NCBI GenBank assembly: GCA_964291655.2
Contig: OZ219801.1
Coordinates: 736,001-800,000, forward strand
DNA length: 64,000 nt
DNA from: Chloroflexota bacterium
Lineage (GTDB): Bacteria; Chloroflexota; UBA11872; VXOZ01
Direction: 5' to 3'
Part shown: positions 20,299-29,344 of the stretch, piece by piece
Layout: each line of letters begins with the position of its first letter
Numbering within the stretch: the first letter of the stretch is position 1
Notes under the pieces: model-generated
Databases searched by the model: none
What the model saw: the letters and a program-made list of their open reading frames with translations, nothing else
What the model was told of the DNA's origin: nothing
Program-made: the position numbers and the translations under genes

Positions 20299-21869
20299 TC
20301 CGGTGCGGGGCGCACGGAAGCATACTGGTACCCATGAATGAGCACGTCCCCCGGCTTGACGTTCACCACGTAGAGACTCACCTCGGGCCCCAAGCCAATT
20401 TCGACAATATGATCAGTCCGGTCACTGGCGTTTCGCACCAAGTCCGGCAAGATAACCTGCGAAATTCCTTCCGGAATCGTGAACTCCTGGCGTGTTTCCC
20501 AATACTGGGGATCAGCCGGGTTGAACAGTAGGCGGAAAGAATAGTCCTGTAGATAAAAGTTGAGCTGGCGGGAACGGTCAAACGCTACGATCAATGTCTC
20601 ATTGGGAGAGTGATTCAAGGTAATGTACCGAACCTGCTTGGTAAGAATCTCATCGATACTTCTGATTTCCTGATATCGTCCCTGACCGGCAGCGAAGAGA
20701 AATAAACTGGCGTTAGAGATGGCGATGACAGCGACTAGCGCCGCTGCGATTCCGAGGGAAACGCGGTGCGGCGTGAGCGCGGTTGTGACCATGCCGCGAT
20801 GTGTCATGAAAAAACGGTATGCCTGCTCACAATCGCGGGAGAAACCACGCACGGCTAACGCGGCATAGATGAGCAAGCCGGGGAGAAGCGAAAGAATATA
20901 GCCGGGATTACCCATGAATACCAGCATGTAAAACACCAGTGGTACGGCTACCCACAGCAGAATGAGGCGCGTGCGCGCATCTCTCACGATCTGCTGCGGA
21001 GAGAAGTAACGGCCCAAGTAGTAGAGAATCGGTAGCAGAGCGATGCCAATGCCGTTATAGAGAACACCCGCAAGGGTGCGCGTATTCTCCAGAACGGCTC
21101 TGAAGTACCCAATGAGGCCGGAAGACTGCCCGGCCCAAAAGCCATATTGCTCGGTCGATGCCTTTACGTACGCATCCCAGCCGCCGGTAAGTTGCACCAT
21201 AGGGATTCCCCAAGACAAGACCACCAGCAGCATCACGACAATCCCGCCCACCAAGCTTCGAAAGCTTCTCCCCCACCACGCGTAGACCCATACAGGTAAG
21301 AGAAAGAGCAGTAAGTCCGGACGGAAACCGGCGCCCAAACCCAGCACGAAAGCAGCCGGAATAATCAGATTGCGCGACCCAACCTTTGTTTCGGTCAAGA
21401 GCAGCAGCACGAGCGTGCTGAATAAGGCGAGGAAGGCATAGGGGTAGGCTACCTCGCCGTGTGACCAAAAGTTGCTGCTCGTGGCGAGCAACAAGGCGCT
21501 GACAATCGCGGCCTGCATTCCGTAGAGCCGCCAGCCGAGTAAGAATATGCACAAGACTGCCAGACTGCTTGCCACAAGCGAAAGAATCACATAGCTCATG
21601 TTGGCGTCAATGCCAAGATTGTAGATGAGCCTCGCGCTGGCTACATAGAGCGGGTAGCCTGGTGGATGCGGCTGATGAAAGGCAACGTTGAATTTCTCCA
21701 GAGCAAACGCATAGTTCGCCGAATCCCACGCAAAGAGGGTCTCGCTGCGAAAGGGGACCCGGCTAAGCAGTGTAACCAGAAAAAAGCCAGCGCCAATTAG
21801 CCATGCCAGTCGAGTCCACGCCGTAAGTCCTTGGCGCGATCCCCCGGCTATGCGTGCTGTCTGTTCCAT
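20295..21869 (-). CDS. Polytopic membrane glycosyltransferase-like protein (GT-C / DUF2723-like)
   Basis: WDSANY…HQPHPPGYPLY first loop and many TM segments. Confidence 0.7.
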   Translation of the reverse strand: MEQTARIAGGSRQGLTAWTRLAWLIGAGFFLVTLLSRVPFRSETLFAWDSANYAFALEKFNVAFHQPHPPGYPLYVASARLIYNLGIDANMSYVILSLVASSLAVLCIFLLGWRLYGMQAAIVSALLLATSSNFWSHGEVAYPYAFLALFSTLVLLLLTETKVGSRNLIIPAAFVLGLGAGFRPDLLLFLLPVWVYAWWGRSFRSLVGGIVVMLLVVLSWGIPMVQLTGGWDAYVKASTEQYGFWAGQSSGLIGYFRAVLENTRTLAGVLYNGIGIALLPILYYLGRYFSPQQIVRDARTRLILLWVAVPLVFYMLVFMGNPGYILSLLPGLLIYAALAVRGFSRDCEQAYRFFMTHRGMVTTALTPHRVSLGIAAALVAVIAISNASLFLFAAGQGRYQEIRSIDEILTKQVRYITLNHSPNETLIVAFDRSRQLNFYLQDYSFRLLFNPADPQYWETRQEFTIPEGISQVILPDLVRNASDRTDHIVEIGLGPEVSLYVVNVKPGDVLIHGYQYASVRPAPE

Positions 21870-22107
21870 AGGTGTTGCCAGATGAAGGTACTGTCAGTTA
21901 CGGGGGAATTGCGTTTATGCGGTCTCATAGGCACCGACTTCCCATTCTAGCGGTGCCATATTCCGCCGTGCAAACAAATGCTCTCAAAAGCCCTGGACTG
22001 CAATTGCTGCCATGCCTTCCTTTAATGCACCCAGGCTTGCATGTCCTCTACGGACTATGCTTTGCTATAGGCAAAGTTGAACGTCAAAGCACCCAAGGTA
22101 ATGCGGA

Positions 22108-23556
22108 ATGAATGTCGTTGTCATCTGCCTTGATACTATGCGCACCGACATGGTGCACACACTTGGCGCTGATTTCATACGTACGCCGGTTCTCGACAAC
22201 TTGGCGGCAGAGAGCGTGGTATTCACTGAAGCGTACGGCTGTGCCTATCCTACCATTCCCGCGCGCCGGGCACTCTTTACCGGCATGAACAGTTTTCCTT
22301 GGCAATTCGGCTTTGACACGCTAGGCTCTAGCCCTTCGCCGCGGGGCTGGCACAAGATTCCACCGGAACACACACCGGTCGCTGAGCGCCTCGTTGAGGC
22401 AGGCGTCAACACCGGCTTCATCGCCGATACATATCACATGTTCAAGGCAACCATGAACTTTACGCGGGGCTTTTGCTCCTGGGACTTCGTGCGGGGCCAA
22501 GAGTTCGACCACTGGAAGACCTTGCCGCCTGGCGCGGTCGACCCAACCAAGTATACTGACGCAGAGCCGGATTCGCCCCGCATGACCGGCATGCTGCAAT
22601 ACTTGTGGAACCAAGGCGAGCGCCCGTGCGATGATGACTTTCAGGCAGCGCGCGTCTTCTTGAGCGCCATGGATTGGGTAGAAAACAACGCACCATACGG
22701 ACCGTTCTATCTCTACATCGACTCCTTCGATCCTCACGAACCGTGGGACCCGCCGCTCCATTATGCGGATGCGTATTACAAAGACGACTCGGTAAAAGAC
22801 TACATCTGGCCGGTGGGCACCGAGGTGGATGGCGAGGCGGCCATCGAACGCACAAAAGCCCTCTACTACGGTGAAGTGACGTTCGTTGATACGTGGATCG
22901 GACACTTCTTGAACAAGCTGGAGGCGCTCCATCTTCTGGAAGATACCGTAATCATCTTCACTTCCGACCACGGCACCGAGCTCCTCGACCGCAACCGCTT
23001 TGGCAAGTCCGAAGACCACCTCCAGTGGTTCAATACGCGCATCAACATGTTCATCCGCCATCCCGACAAGCAACACGCGGGCAAACGCCTCGATGCGTTC
23101 GTGCAGCACCAGGACGTGCCGCCCACCGTGCTCGATCTCTTAGGCGTCACACACCAAGGTCTCGACGGTATTTCCATGTGGGCTCTCGTTACCGGTGAAC
23201 GCGCAAAGAACCGCGACTTCATTGTTGCCGGCTGGGGACAGCACGCCACAGTGCGGGATCACGATCACAACTATGTGATCGACTTTGAACAAGGGCCGCG
23301 CAAGACCGACAGCGGCGGCTTCACGGTCACGCAGGAGACCGCTGCCCAGCACGTCCAAGAAGAGCTCTACAGCTTGAAAGACGATCCGCTTGAAACGACG
23401 AACGTGCTCGAAAGTGAGCCCGACGCGGCAGAAAAGCAACGGGCTCGCCTAGAAGGCTTTCTGGGGCAGGAATTGCCGGCGCATCTGGATGATCGGGTTG
23501 ATACCTATGAATACCCGCGCCGTGTACACGCCAAGACTAACCCGTATGTTAAGTAG
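22108..23556 (+). CDS. Sulfatase-like hydrolase (alkaline phosphatase superfamily)
   Basis: LDTMRTD, TIPARRALFTG, FDPHEPW, FTSDHG. Confidence 0.88.
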   Translation: MNVVVICLDTMRTDMVHTLGADFIRTPVLDNLAAESVVFTEAYGCAYPTIPARRALFTGMNSFPWQFGFDTLGSSPSPRGWHKIPPEHTPVAERLVEAGVNTGFIADTYHMFKATMNFTRGFCSWDFVRGQEFDHWKTLPPGAVDPTKYTDAEPDSPRMTGMLQYLWNQGERPCDDDFQAARVFLSAMDWVENNAPYGPFYLYIDSFDPHEPWDPPLHYADAYYKDDSVKDYIWPVGTEVDGEAAIERTKALYYGEVTFVDTWIGHFLNKLEALHLLEDTVIIFTSDHGTELLDRNRFGKSEDHLQWFNTRINMFIRHPDKQHAGKRLDAFVQHQDVPPTVLDLLGVTHQGLDGISMWALVTGERAKNRDFIVAGWGQHATVRDHDHNYVIDFEQGPRKTDSGGFTVTQETAAQHVQEELYSLKDDPLETTNVLESEPDAAEKQRARLEGFLGQELPAHLDDRVDTYEYPRRVHAKTNPYVK

Positions 23557-23839
23557 ATTGTCTCCGCTTGGGTCCACCGGCGCAATTTCATCGTACATTC
23601 TGCCAATTACCCTCCCCAGTTTCGCTCCATTCCTGCCCCGAACAACTACGAGACGCAAAGTCGAATACAGCTTCTTGTCGGCAGGAAGTTTTCAAGGAGA
23701 CCTCTTGAGGTGCCTGCGGACGCCTCAGCCAAATGAGCACGCGGGCACGTTCTGATTTGACATCCAGACAAGTCAACTGTCCTCGCGGCAAGCTGACTCA
23801 GTGGTCGGCAATGCAATAGGCCTCAGAGAGGCAAAGCCA

Positions 23840-24658
23840 ATGGCGGACAGCCTCGAATCAGATTAGAAATCGGCGCCGCTAACCTTTGTCATCCCAGTCT
23901 TCAACGAAGAGCCCGGGCTCTCCGAATCACTCGAGCAGGCGCTGGCAAGCTTAGACGCCAGCGGGCTCACCGGCGAAGTCTTCATCGTTGCCGCCAATCA
24001 CGTTAGGGTAGACCTTCCTGCCGTGGAGGGCTTCCCCTCGGTGCAGCTCATCTCGGCTGAGGACGATTCCGGTTGGTGTGAAGCCGCCTTGGCTGCCAGC
24101 GCACAGGCTCGGCACGATCTCATTTGCACAATTGACGTGCCTACTCTCTACGCCACAGCCGAAATCCCAAGGCTCGTCCGTGCGATGAACGAGTACGACG
24201 CCACGATGGTGATCGGGGCACGCATCGGCATAGAGAAGCCTATTTCCGCGCGGCGTCGGATCCTGCCGTGGTTCATCGATATGCTCGCTTCCGATGCCTT
24301 GGGGAGGCCGCTGCTCGACGTAAACTCCGGATTGCGCGTTGTGCGCCGCTCAGCCTTGGGCGAATTCGCCGACCTCCTCTCGACAAAATCCGCGCCACCC
24401 GCCAAGCTGACACTCTGGATGCTGGCCAATGGCGCTTCCGTCTTATTCGTGCCTCTTGACGGCGAGCCAGCGGCACACAAGAAACTCCATGGCAGTGCAG
24501 GAGAGGCCATCCAACTCGTTCGTCTCATCATCGCCGTCGGACTGGCCTATTCACCGCGACGGACCGTGATTCTCATTGCACGCATGGCACTCATGGTGCT
24601 GATGATGGCCGCCATGATGCTCATGATGATGTGGATGCTGGGCGTGATGCCGGGGTAA
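23840..24658 (+). pseudogene. Degenerate GT2 family glycosyltransferase with an in-frame TAG at codon 9
   Basis: ATG 23840, TAG 23864-23866, then LTFVIPVFNEE in the same frame as ORF 24023-24658. DxD and DDGS motifs are degenerate. Confidence 0.6.
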
Positions 24659-24806
24659 TGAGGAGGAATGCTTTCAACAACAGGCAATCGAGGCAAATGT
24701 GCCGAAAGTTCGCAATGGGTTCTTCATGAGTGATCACGATTTTGGCGCCGCAGCTCGGGGGCTAGTTCTCAATGCTGTCGCTTAGAACTGATGAGCACGG
24801 TACTAT

Positions 24807-24923
24807 CCGTTCGTACTGAGCGTGCCTGCCCTGAGCATGTCGAGGGGTCGAAGTATGAACGGAAAGTATAGTGCGCCACAACCAACCCGCCGTTCACCTT
24901 TCGACAGGCTCAAGGCGAACGGC
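24807..24923. repeat. REP pair (CCGTTCG…GAGC..GTCGAAG / CTTCGACAGGCTCA..GCGAACGG) with a nested internal copy
   Basis: Same family as the repeats at 6236-6433, 28905-28939, 36890-37095, 59080-59125 and 62750-62930. Confidence 0.7.
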
Positions 24924-25069
24924 TGTGCGCTCACTCATCCATCTCTCAAGACTTGGAGGGACAGCGGCATGCATTACAGTTTAGTGCGACAACATTGGGG
25001 CTTGTCCCCCGACTCATTGGCCAAGTCAACAAGCAGAACTCGCACCGGTCCTCCCCTAGAAGTGAATAC

Positions 25070-25094
25070 TGTAGCGCGGGGGCTTGTCCCCCGC
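25070..25094. repeat. GTAG-type REP GTAGCGCGGGGGCTTGTCCCCCGC
   Basis: Copies or variants also near 4750, 24995, 30742, 36709 and 55920. Confidence 0.75.
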
Positions 25095-25103
25095 CTCTTT
25101 GGC

Positions 25104-26795
25104 TCAGTCAACAAGCGGAACTCGCAGCGGTCCTCCCCCAGATTGGCAGCGTTTTCGAACCAGCCTGCCAGAGTGCGTTTCACGTCTTACCGGAGACCTT
25201 TGTATAACCCCCACATTCAAGCAGGGGCACTCCCTCTCCTGGGGAGGCTGTCTCAATATTTTGGTGCGGGGCACGGTGAATGGGGTGAGAAGGACAGACA
25301 GATGGCGGGTGGTATGAACAAGACGGTGCCAGTGAGAGACTCGTCCCCGGGGCGACGCTGGACTACACCCAGACCGCCACAGGGCGTGGAGGCTCTTGAG
25401 ATTGAACGCGGTGGCCAGCAGGTGCCATTCGGACGTCACGTGGCTGCGGCCTCTGAGCAGGAAGCGCCTGGCACTGTGCCACTCCTTGAGCAGGCCAAAG
25501 ACCGGCTCGACGATGGTACTCCGGCGGCGGTACACCTGCTTGGCAGGCGCGGTGGCCATCAACTGCCTGTGCCGTTGCAGTATTGGCTCGTAGGCGCTGA
25601 TCTTTATGGAGCGGCCCCTCTGGGAGGAGGTGCAGACGCCGAAGGCCGGACAGGTTCTGCAGTCCCGGCCGTTGGCTTGGTACCGCTTGACCCGGTAGCC
25701 GTTGCTGTGGGTCAAGCGGTGCGTGTAGGTGAGCACCTTTTGCTGGGGACACAGGTAGGTGTCGGTCTCTGGACGGTAGGTGAAGTGGTCTTTATGGTAG
25801 GGGTTGCGGCGTCTGCGCTCGTGGGTCGTGGGCATCAATACCGTGTGGCCGCCGGCGTGGCACGTGGCGAGGTTGGCCCCCGAATGGTAGCCGGCGTCCG
25901 CAACGGTCACCACGTCCCGCGCGGCGTCGATGTTCTCCTGCGCCGCCTCGATCAGCGGCGCCAGGTGGGGATGGTCGTCGGCACTGGCGCTCACGTCCAC
26001 GGCTGTGATCAACCTCCCCCCTGCGCCCTCGTCCGGGGACGCAAGAGGGGAGACCAGCGCCTGGGCGTTGTAGCCGGTGATGAAGCCACCCATGCCAGTC
26101 TTGAGCAGGGCCGCGTCCGCATCAGTCAGGTTCGTGTAGCGCGGCCCGTCCTCAGCCGCGACGCGGGCGAGCGCGTCGTCCACCCGCCGCCGCAGGGCCT
26201 GGGCATCGGCAAGTTCCTGCGGCAAAGTCGCTGGCGGCGCGTCGCCCCCCGTGGCGTTCTGCGCCTCCAGGTCCGCGATCGCTTGCTCGGTGCGGGACAA
26301 CAGCCGCTGCAGCCCCTGCGCGTCGTGGGTATGCCGCGTCCCGGCGTTGGCCGCGATCCTGGTGCCGTCCACCGCCTGGATTGCCAACTCCACCAGGCCG
26401 GCTCGCACCGCCGTGCGCACCGTGCGCTTGAGCAGCGTCCGCATCCGGTCGCGGTGCGCCTTGTAGAAGCGCCACAGCGTGTTGTGGTCCGGCTGCTGCA
26501 TCCCCACCAGCCACAGGTACGGTACCTGATCCCGGCAGGCTGCCTCCAGCTTGCGGCTCGAGCGCACGCCGGTCATGAAGCCGTAGACCCATACGCCCAG
26601 CAGCGCGCGCGGATGGTAGGCCCCGGCGCCACGCGGATCGCCTTGCAGGTCAATCTCCATCGCCTCCCAGGCCGCAGCATCGAGGCTGTCCACGAACGCT
26701 GCCGCAAACCTGACAGGATGGTCGTCCGGGATCAGTTCGTCCAGCGTCGGCGGCAACAGCCAGGCCTGTTCACGACTAAACGGTCTCAACGGCAT
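25104..26795 (-). CDS. IS1182-family DDE transposase
   Basis: LLPPTLDELIPDDHPVR, YHPRALL, RSSRKLE, PDHNTLWRF, AVDGTRI, TDADA, GYNAQ, ADAGY, VEPVFG. Confidence 0.95.
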   Translation of the reverse strand: MPLRPFSREQAWLLPPTLDELIPDDHPVRFAAAFVDSLDAAAWEAMEIDLQGDPRGAGAYHPRALLGVWVYGFMTGVRSSRKLEAACRDQVPYLWLVGMQQPDHNTLWRFYKAHRDRMRTLLKRTVRTAVRAGLVELAIQAVDGTRIAANAGTRHTHDAQGLQRLLSRTEQAIADLEAQNATGGDAPPATLPQELADAQALRRRVDDALARVAAEDGPRYTNLTDADAALLKTGMGGFITGYNAQALVSPLASPDEGAGGRLITAVDVSASADDHPHLAPLIEAAQENIDAARDVVTVADAGYHSGANLATCHAGGHTVLMPTTHERRRRNPYHKDHFTYRPETDTYLCPQQKVLTYTHRLTHSNGYRVKRYQANGRDCRTCPAFGVCTSSQRGRSIKISAYEPILQRHRQLMATAPAKQVYRRRSTIVEPVFGLLKEWHSARRFLLRGRSHVTSEWHLLATAFNLKSLHALWRSGCSPASPRGRVSHWHRLVHTTRHLSVLLTPFTVPRTKILRQPPQERECPCLNVGVIQRSPVRRETHSGRLVRKRCQSGGGPLRVPLVD

Positions 26796-27076
26796 CGTCA
26801 CTACCTCTCTACAAACTATCCCACCACCTCACCTTGCTTCTCTTCACACCAGTATATATCCAGTAGATCTATTTTTGAGACACCCTCTGGGGGAGAGGGT
26901 TGGGGTGAGGGCGTCTTCTTGCTACGATGGCCCTTTACGCTGGGCAGTGTCAATACGTATCAGGGCAGAATCGGTGTGCATATGGAGAGATTTCAGAAGA
27001 TCCACACTCACCCTAGCCCTCTCCCGTCGAGGGAGAGGGAACTATTTCGCTACCGCTTGAGTTGAGCAAAGGTCTC
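25193..27076. mobile_element. GAGAC-type MITE enlarged by IS1182 insertion
   Basis: TIR GAGACCTTTGTATAAC (25193-25208) / GTTGAGCAAAGGTCTC (27061-27076). 6-bp TSD TTACCG at 25187-25192 and 27077-27082. Confidence 0.8.
25244..26887 (-). mobile_element. IS1182-family insertion sequence
   Basis: TIR GAGGCTGTCTCAATATT / ATTTTTGAGACACCCTC. 4-bp TSD TGGG. Inserted in the loop of CCCTCTCC-TGGG-GGAGAGGG. Confidence 0.92.
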
Positions 27077-28873
27077 TTACCGGAAGTGCACGACCACGTC
27101 ATGGCTGCCAGTGTCAATGTCGCTTACGGCGAGCGCTCGCGCCACTCCCGCCACACTCCGGCGCGTAAGTTCCATTGGCTCGCCGTCGAGCAAGACCTCA
27201 GCAATCTCCAGGCCGGCGTAGCGAACAGGCACCAAAAGCGTCGCGCCGGGCATTGCGCTCTGAGCCTCAACAGTCAGGCGCAACACACCGTTGGATGCCT
27301 CCCAATTCTGTTGCGCCAACACCACCGTCCGCCGTTGCTCGTTGAACGTACACCACGCATCTGTGCTCGGCATGGGTAGTTTCTGCTGCGCCGCGTATTT
27401 CAAGACTGCCTCGAACCAGCCCGCCGTGCGAATAAACTGCCCGGTGTTCACCTGTACGCCGGTGGCGTAGATCGGGTGAAAGTATAGGTGCACCACGGTG
27501 TGGTAACGTTCGATGGCGGCATCAATATACTCTTGCGAAACCGTGATTGCTTGCTCCTCGCTCAGCGGCGGCAGGAAGCTCTTGTCCACGAGCACGTAGT
27601 CGTCGCAGAAAAGGGTCTCCTGCTCGAAGATCTCGATGAACTCCCCGTCCTCGTCGATGAATCGCATCGGTAGGCCGCTGCCAGTCAGGTAGCCGTACTG
27701 CTGGTGGTCGCCGGCGCGGTAGTTTGTATCCATGCGGAAACCGGCGTCGGCCAGCGCTTGTGCCGTCTCCACCCAGCCCGGCCAGATGACGCAGTGGTGG
27801 CGTGTGGTCTTAGGCGGATAGCCGTAGCGCTCCTCGAAGAGTGTGACCTCTTCTTGAATGCGTGTACGCATCTGTTCCACGGTCGGCTTGAGGGAATGCC
27901 AGATGTGGGGCCCCGCCGAGTGGCCCCGCCGCCGGTAGTCACGCTCCATCTCCGGCGTAAGGTGTCGCAGGTGCTCCTCCATGAGATAGACCGTGTACTC
28001 GCCGCCATGAGCTTCCACCATGTTGGTGTACCACTCCATCTGCGGACGGGTCATGCCGTCGCTATCGCCGTTCACGAGCACGATGGCGGGAGCGGCGTCG
28101 GGATAGTACCACAGGCGCGCTAGGGGAGCATGGGGCTCACCCGCCCACTCAAGAATCCGCACGAGCAGTTGCTGCTGCAGGTCGGCTTGCGGCAGATCGA
28201 GCAGCGTGCGGTCGCGGTAGCCGATGAAGAGGTCGCTAGGACTGTAGAGGCCATCGCCGTCGGCATCGGGATTGGGGCCGGTGCTCGCCTGTTCGCGGCG
28301 GCCTTGGTGGAAGAGGACGGTTGACGTTGCCAGGTCGTACGTGAAGACGGCGAAGCGCCCCGCGCCGTAAACGCCGGTCACAATTGCCGGAAAGGGCAAC
28401 GCCCAATCGCGGCCGGCGATCCAGGCCAGCACGCGCTCACGGCCGCCACATTCACCGTACATGTCCGCCGTGCCGTGGAATTGCAGAAAGTCACCCAGCG
28501 CCGCAAACCACAGCGGATGGTCGCGCTCCGGCGCGATGTAGGCTTCGTTAGCCGTCCGCCGCTGCTTGTTTGTAATGCCAAGCTCCGCGGCGGTTTCGGC
28601 AGATGGCCGCAAGAAAACTACCGGCGTGCCCTCCCGCAGCGCCTCCAACGCCGCCGCATCCGCACCCGTATCCTCACCGCACGGCGCGACAATCACCGCC
28701 TGCCGACCTTTGAGCGCACACGCCGTCAGCGGCGCCTCCCGCACGTTTCGCTCCTCCGCGCCGGTCAGCCCCTCGGCATAGAGCATCTCCAGCACATAGC
28801 GCCCAAACGGCGCAACGTCGGGATCGTAGCAGCACAAGGGCGGGAGAAGAGTTGTAGCATTCTCAGTATTCAT
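27077..28873 (-). CDS. Hypothetical protein with a probable polysaccharide-deacetylase-like (NodB/GH57-like) central domain
   Basis: NGDSDG, GPHIWH, TRHH…W.GW, MDTNY, YFHP motifs. Confidence 0.55.
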   Translation of the reverse strand: MNTENATTLLPPLCCYDPDVAPFGRYVLEMLYAEGLTGAEERNVREAPLTACALKGRQAVIVAPCGEDTGADAAALEALREGTPVVFLRPSAETAAELGITNKQRRTANEAYIAPERDHPLWFAALGDFLQFHGTADMYGECGGRERVLAWIAGRDWALPFPAIVTGVYGAGRFAVFTYDLATSTVLFHQGRREQASTGPNPDADGDGLYSPSDLFIGYRDRTLLDLPQADLQQQLLVRILEWAGEPHAPLARLWYYPDAAPAIVLVNGDSDGMTRPQMEWYTNMVEAHGGEYTVYLMEEHLRHLTPEMERDYRRRGHSAGPHIWHSLKPTVEQMRTRIQEEVTLFEERYGYPPKTTRHHCVIWPGWVETAQALADAGFRMDTNYRAGDHQQYGYLTGSGLPMRFIDEDGEFIEIFEQETLFCDDYVLVDKSFLPPLSEEQAITVSQEYIDAAIERYHTVVHLYFHPIYATGVQVNTGQFIRTAGWFEAVLKYAAQQKLPMPSTDAWCTFNEQRRTVVLAQQNWEASNGVLRLTVEAQSAMPGATLLVPVRYAGLEIAEVLLDGEPMELTRRSVAGVARALAVSDIDTGSHDVVVHFR

Positions 28874-29098
28874 GCATTCTGTCTCACTTTATGAATTCGC
28901 GGTTCCGTTCACCCTTCGACGCCGCTCAGGGCGAACGGAACCGCTTCTCTTGCATTTCGGGGGACGCTCCTAACCGGAGCGAACCCACTCCGGCAATACT
29001 AAAAGGCGTCCTCAATCGACGACGTGAGCCAACGCTAAAGATCATGCGACCGTTTAGCCATAGTCTATAGAGAATAAAGACACAAACACTCAACGACA

Positions 29099-29263
29099 GT
29101 ACCGCAATCACTCAAGAGCGATACAGGAGTCACTCAAGTACGTCACCGTAGTCACGCAAGCACGCTATCGCAATCACTCAAGCACGCTACCGTAATCACT
29201 CTAGGATCTTACGGTATTCACTCAAGGACAACTCCACGTCCCCAGGACGATTCCACGTCCCCA
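29099..29263. repeat. Degenerate ~22-bp tandem repeat (x6) between REP halves
   Basis: taccgcaatcactcaagagcga / tacaggagtcactcaagtacg / caccgtagtcacgcaagcacgc / tatcgcaatcactcaagcacgc / taccgtaatcactctagg / tacggtattcactcaagg. Confidence 0.75.
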
Positions 29264-29344
29264 CTTTACCGTTCGCACTGAGCTTGTCGAAGTGTGAATG
29301 GTAGGCGAGCAATGCCAGTCGGCTAAGGATTGTACCCGCTGCGT

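Noticed and set aside
24822-27065. 747-aa plus-strand ORF
   Set aside because: Antisense shadow of the GC-rich IS1182 transposase plus repeats; no recognisable domain.
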